A program made the translations under genes and the position numbers. Below are positions 20,013-29,364 of a stretch of 64,000 nucleotides of DNA, piece after piece; position 1 is the stretch's first letter, and each line of letters opens with the position of its first letter. A model generated the notes under the pieces. That model was not told where the DNA came from. It ran no database searches and saw only the letters and a program-made list of their open reading frames with translations. The DNA is from Promethearchaeota archaeon (lineage in GTDB: Archaea > Asgardarchaeota > Lokiarchaeia > Sigyniarchaeales > SOKP01). Where the stretch lies: assembly GCA_048937405.1 (NCBI GenBank), contig JBHLNF010000002.1, positions 1 through 64,000 of the forward strand, given 5' to 3'.

Positions 20013-20912
20013 TTATATGAGTTTCGGAATTACTTTATTATTTTTAATTATTGCATATGAAGCTGGATTGGGATGATAAGATCCTCTATAATTAGCAGAA
20101 GAAAATACTGATAACAATCTTTTGTTGAAAAACCATTTAAATCCTTCTGGAAAGCATTCATGTGCTCTAATAAGATATTCTAAATTATTTACTTCCATAA
20201 AATTTTCAAAAACTTCATATCCAAAAAAAAAAATGCCTGGACCTCTGAAACTCCTAGAGAACCCCATTATTTCTGATTTAGGGTCATTCCACATAATCTG
20301 ATAAATACCTTGTGAAATGGAATTAAAAATTAATTTCAAATCCTTACACTTTTGACCTTTTAATTTCTTAATAATATCTGTATCTTGTGGAATTCCTCCA
20401 TGTAAACACAAAATATTACCATTAATTAATGCACATATGGGAAGAACATCATATATACTCAACACTTCATTGAATCTATTACTATTTTTAAATCTTAAAA
20501 TAAAATCTTGAAAAAAACCATAATATTCATTCATCTCCAGAGTTTCATGATTTCCCCTTAATATATAATATTTTAATGGGAAAAGAATCTTTAAAATGAG
20601 AATTATTAGTAAACAATCTAGTTGATTTGGCCCCCGATCAACGATATCTCCCAAAAAAATAACTAATTTTGGATTTTTTTTATTAATAATTTCAATCAAT
20701 TTCATCAACGTGCTTAAATTTCCATGAATATCTCCTATTACATAAACTTCCTCAATTTCCTCCTTTATACTAAACTCTAGAAGTAAATATTCTTCCTCTA
20801 AAATATTCTTAACCGTTTTAAAAATCTGTAGTATAGCATCAAACTCTAGTTCAGAGATTTTTTGTGGATTATTTATTATATCATTTAGGAATGATTTATC
20901 AATTCCATTCAA
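20013..20912 (-). CDS. PPP-family Ser/Thr protein phosphatase
   Basis: GDIHG, GDIVDRG, RGNHE, HGG, WNDP, RAHE, FSSANY. Confidence 0.93.
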   Translation of the reverse strand: MNGIDKSFLNDIINNPQKISELEFDAILQIFKTVKNILEEEYLLLEFSIKEEIEEVYVIGDIHGNLSTLMKLIEIINKKNPKLVIFLGDIVDRGPNQLDCLLIILILKILFPLKYYILRGNHETLEMNEYYGFFQDFILRFKNSNRFNEVLSIYDVLPICALINGNILCLHGGIPQDTDIIKKLKGQKCKDLKLIFNSISQGIYQIMWNDPKSEIMGFSRSFRGPGIFFFGYEVFENFMEVNNLEYLIRAHECFPEGFKWFFNKRLLSVFSSANYRGSYHPNPASYAIIKNNKVIPKLI

Positions 20913-21018
20913 ACTTTTTTTGATCCCAATGTTTTGTTTTTTATATCACTTACATCATTTTTATTATTGTCTTTAATGTTTTTATAAATAAAGAATTTTA
21001 ATTATTGGTTAAATTCTG

Positions 21019-23127
21019 ATGGAAGAATCATTTACTCGAGAAATGTACCGTTTAATAGAGCAAAAGATTGAGAGTTTTGAAAATGAAAAATTTCTTGAGA
21101 AGGACGAGAATCATAATCTTGGAATAATCTATACTCCTAAACAGCTTGTAGATTTTATCGTATCTAATATATTCAGAATTCATTTTGAAAAGATTTTGAA
21201 TTATCAAAATAAAACTAAAGGGAATCTAAATTTAGAAAAGATAAGTTATTTATTTAATAATAATCAGAAATTTAATAAAACCTTTACCAAAATAGTTAAA
21301 AATCTTAGGATATTAGACCCATCTTGCGGTTCTGGGAGATTTTTAATATCAATTGCAGAAACATTATATCAAATTTATCGAATTATCAATCCTGAATTGT
21401 CTGATTTCAACATAAAAAAAACTATAATTCAAAATAATCTTTATGGAATTGAAATTGATAATTCTGCTCTTTCCATTTCAAAATTAAGGTTATTTAAATG
21501 GTTGATTTCTTCTAATTTGAATAACTCCTTCCTCCGCAATGTCGACATCGAGAGTTTTAATGTTACATATATTAACCAAATTATTGAAAAATCTGGTTTA
21601 AAATTTAATATTTTCAATCAGGATTTTCTGTTAGAATTTAGATCTGAGAAATTCGATATAATAATTGGAAATCCACCTTATATTGAAAATAAAAAGATAA
21701 AAGATAAAGAATTTAAGAATAAGATTAAAAGTAAATTTAAAACTGCTTATCGTTTATATGACCTTTCTATAATTTTTATTGAGAAATCTTTACAATTATT
21801 GGAAGATAACGGCTCTCTCTCATTTATTCTACCTAATAAATTTTTATCTGCAGACTATGGTATTAAAATCAGAAAATTATTATTGAATGAATCTGAAATT
21901 AAAGAAATTATAAATATTTCATCTTTACCAATATTTCAAAACACTGCTACATATCCTATAATCTTATCTTTAAAAAAGAATGATCAAAATAAAAACCAAG
22001 AAATAAAATTTAAAATTTTAAATGATAAGAATGATATAATTGAAAATAACAGAATTAAGACTAAAAAGTTTCATCAAGATTTAATTCAGAAATTTCCCTC
22101 CAATGTAATTCCAATTTCAGGAAATATAAATTTAGTAACATACTTATATAATAACTTTAAAACCTTTTCGGATACCTATAAGGATTTAAAAATAATATAT
22201 CGACCTTTTGGTTTTTTAAAATATAGGAAACATTTTGATAATATAAGTGATGAGCGTCAATCAGATAATGATTTACTATTAATTGGAACAGGCAATATAG
22301 AAAAATATTATATTAAATTCAATAAAAGAATAAAAATTGCTGGCAAGGATATCAAAATCTCATATTTTAATTATAATCATAATTTTGATCATATTTGGAA
22401 TGAGATTGCCTGTGAAAAACTAATTTTTAGGGAAATCGCGAAAGATTTAACTTGTTATTATGATCCAGGGATATTCACCAATATAACGGGGCTCTATTTT
22501 ATAAAAATTGCTTCATTCAACACTGATCAATTATTCGGTTTGTTAACAATTCTTAATTCAAACATATTAGATTTGGTGTTTAAAACACTATTTGGTACTT
22601 TACATATGGCAGGAGGATATTTACGATTTAACGGGAGTTTTATTAAGAGATTACCATTACCAAGAAAAATTCCTATGGTTTTATCACAATTAGGAAAAAT
22701 TATACAACTCCTTTCTCAATTAAGATATGATTCTAACTCAATTGATCTCAAAATTATAATTAACTCTGAATTTGAAAGTTTTGATAACAAATACCATAAT
22801 CAAATAAATGCACTCCTTAAATATTTTATAAAATTGAGCAATTCTTTAGTGAATTTATTGTTTTTAGATGAATTTTATTTGAAATCTAATTTAGATTACA
22901 ACATTTTAAGAGAATTATTTAGTTTACATATTGAACCTCAAACAATTCCATTTAAATATTTAATTCCTCGATTTGAAGTACAAAATTATGAGGTATATTC
23001 CATAGATGATTTAGATTCTATTTTAACAAAAATAAAAAAATTGTATAACCAATTCTATATTAATACTGATTTATTAAGACAATTAGAGGATATTGAAAGA
23101 AAATTTTCTGATAAAACGAAAATATAG
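21019..23127 (+). CDS. Amino (N6-adenine) DNA methyltransferase, Eco57I/TaqI-like
   Basis: YTP, DPSCGSG (motif I), GNPPY (motif IV), TaqI_C-like LNS...LP tail. Confidence 0.88.
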   Translation: MEESFTREMYRLIEQKIESFENEKFLEKDENHNLGIIYTPKQLVDFIVSNIFRIHFEKILNYQNKTKGNLNLEKISYLFNNNQKFNKTFTKIVKNLRILDPSCGSGRFLISIAETLYQIYRIINPELSDFNIKKTIIQNNLYGIEIDNSALSISKLRLFKWLISSNLNNSFLRNVDIESFNVTYINQIIEKSGLKFNIFNQDFLLEFRSEKFDIIIGNPPYIENKKIKDKEFKNKIKSKFKTAYRLYDLSIIFIEKSLQLLEDNGSLSFILPNKFLSADYGIKIRKLLLNESEIKEIINISSLPIFQNTATYPIILSLKKNDQNKNQEIKFKILNDKNDIIENNRIKTKKFHQDLIQKFPSNVIPISGNINLVTYLYNNFKTFSDTYKDLKIIYRPFGFLKYRKHFDNISDERQSDNDLLLIGTGNIEKYYIKFNKRIKIAGKDIKISYFNYNHNFDHIWNEIACEKLIFREIAKDLTCYYDPGIFTNITGLYFIKIASFNTDQLFGLLTILNSNILDLVFKTLFGTLHMAGGYLRFNGSFIKRLPLPRKIPMVLSQLGKIIQLLSQLRYDSNSIDLKIIINSEFESFDNKYHNQINALLKYFIKLSNSLVNLLFLDEFYLKSNLDYNILRELFSLHIEPQTIPFKYLIPRFEVQNYEVYSIDDLDSILTKIKKLYNQFYINTDLLRQLEDIERKFSDKTKI

Positions 23128-23231
23128 ATTAGTAATTTTTTATATAAAAACGAATTAAAAATAAATTTTAACAAAGATTATATATTTAAAAAATTATAGA
23201 TACATATCAATAACAATCGTGAGTAATAACT

Positions 23232-23546
23232 ATGGCTAAAAAAAAGACCACTTCAAGTAAAGAGGAGGATTTTGAACTTCCAGATGGAAAAAAGGACGAA
23301 GATGGAGATGAAATCTTGGATCTGAATGATTGGAAAGATAATTTAGAAGAAGATGTCATCTATGAAATCCCAGATAATGATGAAATGTTGGCAGATGAAT
23401 CTGAGGATGAAGAATTTGGGATGGAAGTCGATGAAGTTGTTAAGATGTTGCGAGATGTAAAATGTAAACCTTGTCCGGGGTTAAAGAGTAAACCAGATTG
23501 TAAAATCGCCCATGATTATGGGTGTCCAAAACCAAAAAAGCCATAA
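23232..23546 (+). CDS. Hypothetical acidic protein with C-terminal Cys cluster
   Basis: D/E-rich residues 10-70; CKPC...C...H..C tail. Confidence 0.75.
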   Translation: MAKKKTTSSKEEDFELPDGKKDEDGDEILDLNDWKDNLEEDVIYEIPDNDEMLADESEDEEFGMEVDEVVKMLRDVKCKPCPGLKSKPDCKIAHDYGCPKPKKP

Positions 23547-23601
23547 AATTTTATTTTTTTATTATTTAATCGGTTAAATCATATCTGATTATAACATTTA
23601 G

Positions 23602-24609
23602 TTGAAAAATTTGCTTTCAAATACCCTTAAACGTATCATCATAATAATTATTGATGCATTGTTTAGTTGGTATATTTGGGAAGTAAATATTTGGTTAGGA
23701 AATCCATGTTATACAACTGCTTTTTCAAGATGTTTTATTTTATCTATGACTACTTTTTTAATTGTTTATACCCCATTTGAGATTTATTTTTCTTTTAGAG
23801 ATCTCTGGTATGATCGTTGGAAAAGACTTTATCAAAAGGAATTAGAGGTCTCAACCATAAAAATAAAGGTTTCTGATGGCTTTATATTTGGTATTCTTGT
23901 AAGAAATAAGAACCAAGCCAAAATTAATTCTAAAAATGCTTTAATTATAGTCTGTCATGGTTTTTCAGATACAAATGAAAAACTTGAGTATTATTATTTT
24001 CCACTAGCCCTTCAGGGTTATATGATTCTTGCTTTTGATGCAAGAGGTACAGGTAAATCCAAAAAAACAGGGAAAAGGGGTGAATTTTTAAAAAGAATTG
24101 ATGATTTTCAAAAAATAACCGAATGGGTGCAAAATCATGAAGAATTTATAAATGTAAAAATTTTTTGTGTAGGATTTAGCATTGGGGGAATAACGGCTTT
24201 AGCTGGAGGGTTTTTAAATAAAAAAATTGAAAAAATTATTGTAATTTCTTCAATGTCTTATTATAAACAAAACATACCAAAATATAATCCTATAGTTATG
24301 TTGAGTTATTTAATGAAAGGAGTTAGCCTCTTTCCAAATGAGGAAGAGAATATTAAATTATCACCTTATTCTATGTTTGAAAGTATTAAAAAAGAATTAT
24401 CTACAGAAGAATGGAATCAAATATCAAAAAAGGTTATGTTAATCCATTGTAAAAACGATAAAGTGATAAAATTTAAAAATTTTAGAGAAAATAAAATGAT
24501 CTTAAATTCTCCAGCACAAAATTTACTAGTTTTGAAAAAAGGTGGGCACTCACAAAAAAAAAATGAGTGTGCTTTAGTAGGAGCTACAATTGGTTTCTTA
24601 GGCAATTAG
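23602..24609 (+). CDS. Membrane-anchored alpha/beta hydrolase
   Basis: Two N-terminal TM segments, HGF, FDARG.G.S, GFSIGG, GGH. Confidence 0.85.
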   Translation: MKNLLSNTLKRIIIIIIDALFSWYIWEVNIWLGNPCYTTAFSRCFILSMTTFLIVYTPFEIYFSFRDLWYDRWKRLYQKELEVSTIKIKVSDGFIFGILVRNKNQAKINSKNALIIVCHGFSDTNEKLEYYYFPLALQGYMILAFDARGTGKSKKTGKRGEFLKRIDDFQKITEWVQNHEEFINVKIFCVGFSIGGITALAGGFLNKKIEKIIVISSMSYYKQNIPKYNPIVMLSYLMKGVSLFPNEEENIKLSPYSMFESIKKELSTEEWNQISKKVMLIHCKNDKVIKFKNFRENKMILNSPAQNLLVLKKGGHSQKKNECALVGATIGFLGN

Positions 24610-24645
24610 ATATATAGTATTTCGTATTTTTTTATTTCTTATTAG

Positions 24646-25806
24646 TTAAAATAATTCTATCATTTCTTTTAGAGTTTCAAGAGCTAATTCTATACTTACA
24701 TTCATGCTTTTAAGTTTATTCTCAAGATAATTAGGAACTGACTTTGAATTTTTTATTTCTTCAAAAATGTTAAAAAAATGTTTCCTAGACTCTAATTCCA
24801 TTGAATACACCTTAGGACGAGGTGTAGCATCACTCATTTTCACAAAACATCCGTGATTTATAAAATTATGACTAAATGCGGGAAAGCAAGTCTCCCATAA
24901 TTTTTCTTTTAATTTATTATAAACAATATTAGCTAATTTTAAACAGTATTCTTTACTCTTATTGCTGTAGCAGAAGTAAAAAGGCAATTTATCCTTTTCT
25001 TTATTTTTTGATATATAATCAACGAGTTTCTCAATAACCAGCTCAAATTGATTTTGGGTCAATTTGAGTAGTCTATAGTCTACAGAAGGATTTTTTTTAA
25101 CAAATAACGGTTTTTGAGAATAAGAGATTCCGTAAAGCTTAATTATATTAAAAATTATACCCTCTTTTAGCCAATGATCAAACTTGTAAAGTAAATTTAA
25201 TTTTTCACTTAAATCAGCTAAAAATCTTTCCAATAAAGAAGTTTCATGAAAATCCAATATATAAATGTAGATATCTTCATTTTTCCAATATTTTTGGAGT
25301 AGTTTTTTTACAATATTGACTTGTGGCGGAGCTGAGTATCTGTTTAAATCTTTCATTCCATTATTATATTCTGGAGCAAACGCTCTACGCCAAAATCGGT
25401 TTAGATTCATTCCATTTTTTAAATAATAACCAGATTTGTTATTTCTTTTAGGATTTAAAAAACCATAAGGATTTAATAATGGTAAAAAAAATAAGATTTG
25501 ATCTGGTCTCACCACTTCATCAATTTTAATTTCTTCTTTGTTAATTAACTGAAAAAACTTCAAGATGCTAAAAAGGCCATTATATTCATTATGCTGTGCG
25601 CCAATAAAAACCTTTACATGTTTTATATCTTCAATTTTTGAATTTTTTGCTATTTTAAGGAGAGGGATGATACCTTCAGTTGTTTCAAAAGTCTGAAAGC
25701 TTACGTAATCTATATTTCTAGTCCGTTCTAGTTCCTTTAGTATTTTATTAAATAGTTTATGCCGGTTTTGAATATCTAGTAATGCTATTAATGTTTCAAT
25801 TTTCAT
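24646..25806 (-). CDS. M14-like zinc carboxypeptidase/deacylase
   Basis: GAQHNE, PLLNPYG, NLNR, LDFHE, late MELE; 1 bp downstream of the ATP-grasp stop. Confidence 0.75.
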   Translation of the reverse strand: MKIETLIALLDIQNRHKLFNKILKELERTRNIDYVSFQTFETTEGIIPLLKIAKNSKIEDIKHVKVFIGAQHNEYNGLFSILKFFQLINKEEIKIDEVVRPDQILFFLPLLNPYGFLNPKRNNKSGYYLKNGMNLNRFWRRAFAPEYNNGMKDLNRYSAPPQVNIVKKLLQKYWKNEDIYIYILDFHETSLLERFLADLSEKLNLLYKFDHWLKEGIIFNIIKLYGISYSQKPLFVKKNPSVDYRLLKLTQNQFELVIEKLVDYISKNKEKDKLPFYFCYSNKSKEYCLKLANIVYNKLKEKLWETCFPAFSHNFINHGCFVKMSDATPRPKVYSMELESRKHFFNIFEEIKNSKSVPNYLENKLKSMNVSIELALETLKEMIELF

Positions 25807-25807
25807 T

Positions 25808-27250
25808 TCAATCGATTATTTTACTCCAATCTGAGAAATTAATGATTTTATTATAATTTTTAACGATACTCGTAAATAATACGCAACCTATGCAAAACAT
25901 ATTGACAAAATCTTCTTTAGTTAAATTCAATAACTTGCAATTATTTTCAGAAAACGCTATTCCTCTTTCAACTTCAATCTGACCATTATACCCAGATAAA
26001 TTAACCACAAATTCTTTTTTATTTAGACCACCTCTGTATTCACCTCGAGCTATCCTAGCTAAACCTCCTACAGGAACGATTATACCATTTCTTTGTGTTA
26101 AATAAAATCTTAAATCAAATGTATGTTTGGTTTCTCTCCATTTAATGATTGAGAAATCCGCCATTTCCTGTATTGTATAAGGATAAGGATCACGGTTTTT
26201 CATAAATTTAGCAAAAAACTCTTTCTTACTCTCACTTACAATCTTTTTTATATTGGAGGTATCTTCAGTCTTAGAAATCGGCATAACTCCAGCACCTCCT
26301 GATCCTCCACTAGGTTTAATAATAAAGGATTTTTGATATTTTTTTGTAAGATATTTCAGTTTCTCTATTAATTCTTTTTCTGAAAATGCTTTAGTAAATA
26401 ATAGGTACTGTAGATTATAACTCTTAAGAATATCCTTACTGAAATAGCTAGCTAAATATGTTAAAGATTTATCATCAGTTATTCTAAAAATAGGGTTGAC
26501 AATCATAGATTTAATTTTACGAAAATCTTCCACAATGAGTTTTGAGAATTCCTTATTCTTAAAACGTCTAGCAATACCATCTCCTATTAACACATGAACC
26601 TTTTGGTCTTTAAATTTAATCCAATTATTTGAAAATGAAAGTGAATGGGATAATTGTGTATAATCTGCTATTAAAAACACAACTTCTGCTTTAAACTCTT
26701 TATCATAATTGTCAGTATTAAAAATCTTCACAGTGAAACCCTGGGATTTAAGTGTTTTTCGAAAATATTCAATCATTACAACTTTTTCATGGATTAACCC
26801 ATCATTTACTGGTACTCCAACTAACACAAATATTTTATTAGTTCTTCTCCTACTTTTCTTTACTGCTTGAAAAATGGCTTCAAGATATCCATTATATAAA
26901 AGAGATTGCTGTTTTTTGGTGATAATTGAAAGACCTCTGTGAGATCCTCCGTTAGTCTCTAAAAGGAAAAATCTTTTCCCTTCAGGTTCATCCGATACCA
27001 TGAAATCAATACTTCCTACATAAAATGAATCGATATTATCTAAAACATTATCTCTTCCTTTTTCCATCTTCTCCAGAGCTTTATCTCTTACCTTATCAGC
27101 AAAATTATCTTCTTGTGAAGCTCTCAAATCAGCAAAAGACACTAAATCTAGACCTAATGATTTTCCCAAATTGACTAATTCTAAGTCTGAATCAGAAATC
27201 TTAGAAGTCATTAGTTTTAGGAACTTTGTAAGAAGATTCTCATCCACCAT
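25808..27250 (-). CDS. Circularly permuted ATP-grasp amide ligase
   Basis: N-terminal GSIDF...LLETN, then NP...DDK, IIKPSGGSGGAG, YTIQE, FDLR, GGLARIA, VVNLS. Confidence 0.8.
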   Translation of the reverse strand: MVDENLLTKFLKLMTSKISDSDLELVNLGKSLGLDLVSFADLRASQEDNFADKVRDKALEKMEKGRDNVLDNIDSFYVGSIDFMVSDEPEGKRFFLLETNGGSHRGLSIITKKQQSLLYNGYLEAIFQAVKKSRRRTNKIFVLVGVPVNDGLIHEKVVMIEYFRKTLKSQGFTVKIFNTDNYDKEFKAEVVFLIADYTQLSHSLSFSNNWIKFKDQKVHVLIGDGIARRFKNKEFSKLIVEDFRKIKSMIVNPIFRITDDKSLTYLASYFSKDILKSYNLQYLLFTKAFSEKELIEKLKYLTKKYQKSFIIKPSGGSGGAGVMPISKTEDTSNIKKIVSESKKEFFAKFMKNRDPYPYTIQEMADFSIIKWRETKHTFDLRFYLTQRNGIIVPVGGLARIARGEYRGGLNKKEFVVNLSGYNGQIEVERGIAFSENNCKLLNLTKEDFVNMFCIGCVLFTSIVKNYNKIINFSDWSKIID

Positions 27251-27493
27251 AGATTATTATAATTAAACAATAATTTAAAAAAATTAGTTTTAATTTCGCC
27301 TATTTTGAATTACGACCCCCTAAAGAATAAGAAATCTTAAATACTAATCTTTTGAAAGAATAAGATAAACTAATACTTGCAATCTACTTTTTAAGAAAAA
27401 TAACCAAAATATAATGGAAATTATTTGGTAATCATATTTCTCTTTATTTTTTTTTATCTAAAATAAATTTCAAAAATGGTTTAAGAGATATAA

Positions 27494-27595
27494 CTATAAT
27501 AATAGATCCTCTAATTTAACTAATTCAAAGTCATCATCATCAGAAATCTTTCTTGACATTAATTTCAGAGATCTATTGAGAATATCCTCATTCAT
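27494..27595 (-). CDS. Unannotated 33-aa ORF MNEDILNRSLKLMSRKISDDDDFELVKLEDLLL, homologous to the ATP-grasp N-terminus (peptide gene or duplication relic)
   Basis: Hand translation; aligns to MVDENLLTKFLKLMTSKISDSDLELVNL; TTTAAA box at -24..-29, as for the ligase. Confidence 0.6.
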   Translation of the reverse strand: MNEDILNRSLKLMSRKISDDDDFELVKLEDLLL

Positions 27596-27688
27596 AGATA
27601 ATAAATATTATATGACAATTTAAAAAAAACGTCTTGACGTAACAAAATAATATTTGAAATCAAAAATAGAATTATAGAGAAATTACTT

Positions 27689-28912
27689 TTAAAGATATAG
27701 ATAACCTTGATGATTTCCTTTAGTAGATAACCTGAGGGAACCTAATAAAATCTTTTTGACTTTAATTTGTTCTTTATAGGTTAAATTAGAATATAACAAA
27801 ATATAATTTTTTTCTGGATTAATTGTAAAAAGAAGTCCTATTTCTATTAATTCTGAATATTCAGTCATTAAGCCAATTATTACATAGTGATAAGGAAGAT
27901 TGAGAAGATCATTAACATTAATTTCCATTTCGATGATTTCATCTTTTTCTTTATCATAATCTGCTTTTATAAACTTCATATCATTTAAAGGTATAGAGAT
28001 TTTTCTAAACTCCTCAAATTTCTTTGAAAATTGACTTTGGCGTAAGAATCTTCTTTCATCCTTATTCTTCTCATAGAAGTATTTATTTTCCTCTTTAATT
28101 AAAAATATTTTCCTGTCTTTTCTCAAACTCGAGGAGGTTTTTTCGATTGAATCTAATTCTTCAATAGTTTCATCATGAAATACAATTAAAATATCTGGAT
28201 CAATTGTTTTAATAAAAAAATTCTTGTATAAAATCCCTGCTTCGGTCTTTATCCATCCATCTGTATCAATTAATACAAAATTGATATCTTTATTCTCTTT
28301 AACGTAATTAGCTATTAAATCTCTACATGAAAGGGATACAATAAACTTATTATTACCCTTAGGAAAGGTGGCTCCAATAAACACTGTTTTTTCAGAATTA
28401 ATATTTTCACTTGAAATAATATAATCATTTACTGTCCCTATATTTATTGTTGTGGGTACGTATATAATTTGTTGTCCTAAATCAGAATCTAAATACCCTC
28501 CCTTCAGCCCTGCTTTAATGAAATTATTCGCGAGATATTTAATAAATGTAGTTTTTCCACTACTTATCCCCAAAACCATAATTTTTAGAGGAATATTTGG
28601 ATTTTGCTTTATATCTTTTATAATTGTATCTTTAATTTCAATCCATTTAGGAGATATTGAATTTTCCTCAATTTCTATAAGATTTTCCTCGAAGTTAGTA
28701 TATATTTCTAATTTTGATTTATCAATAATAAAGATAGGATAACTTTGAGCACTGGGTACTATTAAAGAATTAGCATCATTATTTTCTGGAGATAAGTTAT
28801 CTTCTTCTGGGATAAATATCTTTCCGAAGACCTCAATTTTTCCTTCTAATAGTGTTATTCGCGCTGGGCCTTTTACTAATAAAGTATGCCCTTTTTTTAT
28901 ATCCTTAATCAT
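27689..28912 (-). CDS. Clp1/Grc3/Nol9-family polynucleotide 5'-kinase
   Basis: LLVKGPA N-domain, SGKTT, DSDLGQ, DTDGW, ER..LR. Confidence 0.9.
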   Translation of the reverse strand: MIKDIKKGHTLLVKGPARITLLEGKIEVFGKIFIPEEDNLSPENNDANSLIVPSAQSYPIFIIDKSKLEIYTNFEENLIEIEENSISPKWIEIKDTIIKDIKQNPNIPLKIMVLGISSGKTTFIKYLANNFIKAGLKGGYLDSDLGQQIIYVPTTINIGTVNDYIISSENINSEKTVFIGATFPKGNNKFIVSLSCRDLIANYVKENKDINFVLIDTDGWIKTEAGILYKNFFIKTIDPDILIVFHDETIEELDSIEKTSSSLRKDRKIFLIKEENKYFYEKNKDERRFLRQSQFSKKFEEFRKISIPLNDMKFIKADYDKEKDEIIEMEINVNDLLNLPYHYVIIGLMTEYSELIEIGLLFTINPEKNYILLYSNLTYKEQIKVKKILLGSLRLSTKGNHQGYLYL

Positions 28913-29001
28913 CAGGGTTTCCTCATGTATTAAAATTAATTTATAAGTGTTGTTTAATCTACTCTTCGATATTGAAAGTAATTAAATTTAAAATAAATAA
29001 T

Positions 29002-29349
29002 TTAAGGACAAATATCGCTAGTGAAATTATGAATTTCTGAAAAGATTTTTAAACGATCTGGGCTATCTATAATTGGATATGAATTGAGTTCTAGCCAAAT
29101 TTCCTTTTTATGGTTTAAAGCAATTATACTAAAGATATAAGCGATATTTTTTTTTTTTTTAATATTATCCAACCATCCCTTAAAGAATATTATTGGGTAA
29201 TTTGCTATATTTATTGATTGCTTCATTTCTCTGGTCAATTTCTTTGCTTTTAAAGCAACTTTCAAAAGAATTTTATTTTTAACCATTTTATATACTAATC
29301 TAATAAAAAAGTATGTTTTATGATATCGAAATTTAAAAAACTCAATCAC
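29002..29349 (-). CDS. Hypothetical protein (start uncertain, perhaps MVKN)
   Basis: ORF co-oriented with neighbours; no motif recognised; contains a long homopolymer. Confidence 0.4.
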   Translation of the reverse strand: MIEFFKFRYHKTYFFIRLVYKMVKNKILLKVALKAKKLTREMKQSINIANYPIIFFKGWLDNIKKKKNIAYIFSIIALNHKKEIWLELNSYPIIDSPDRLKIFSEIHNFTSDICP

Positions 29350-29364
29350 TTTACTTTTTTTTCT

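Noticed and set aside
27322-27365. Direct repeat AAAGAATAAGA x2, 33 bp apart, upstream of the ATP-grasp gene
   Set aside because: Only two low-complexity copies; not a CRISPR array and plausible by chance, although an operator role cannot be excluded.
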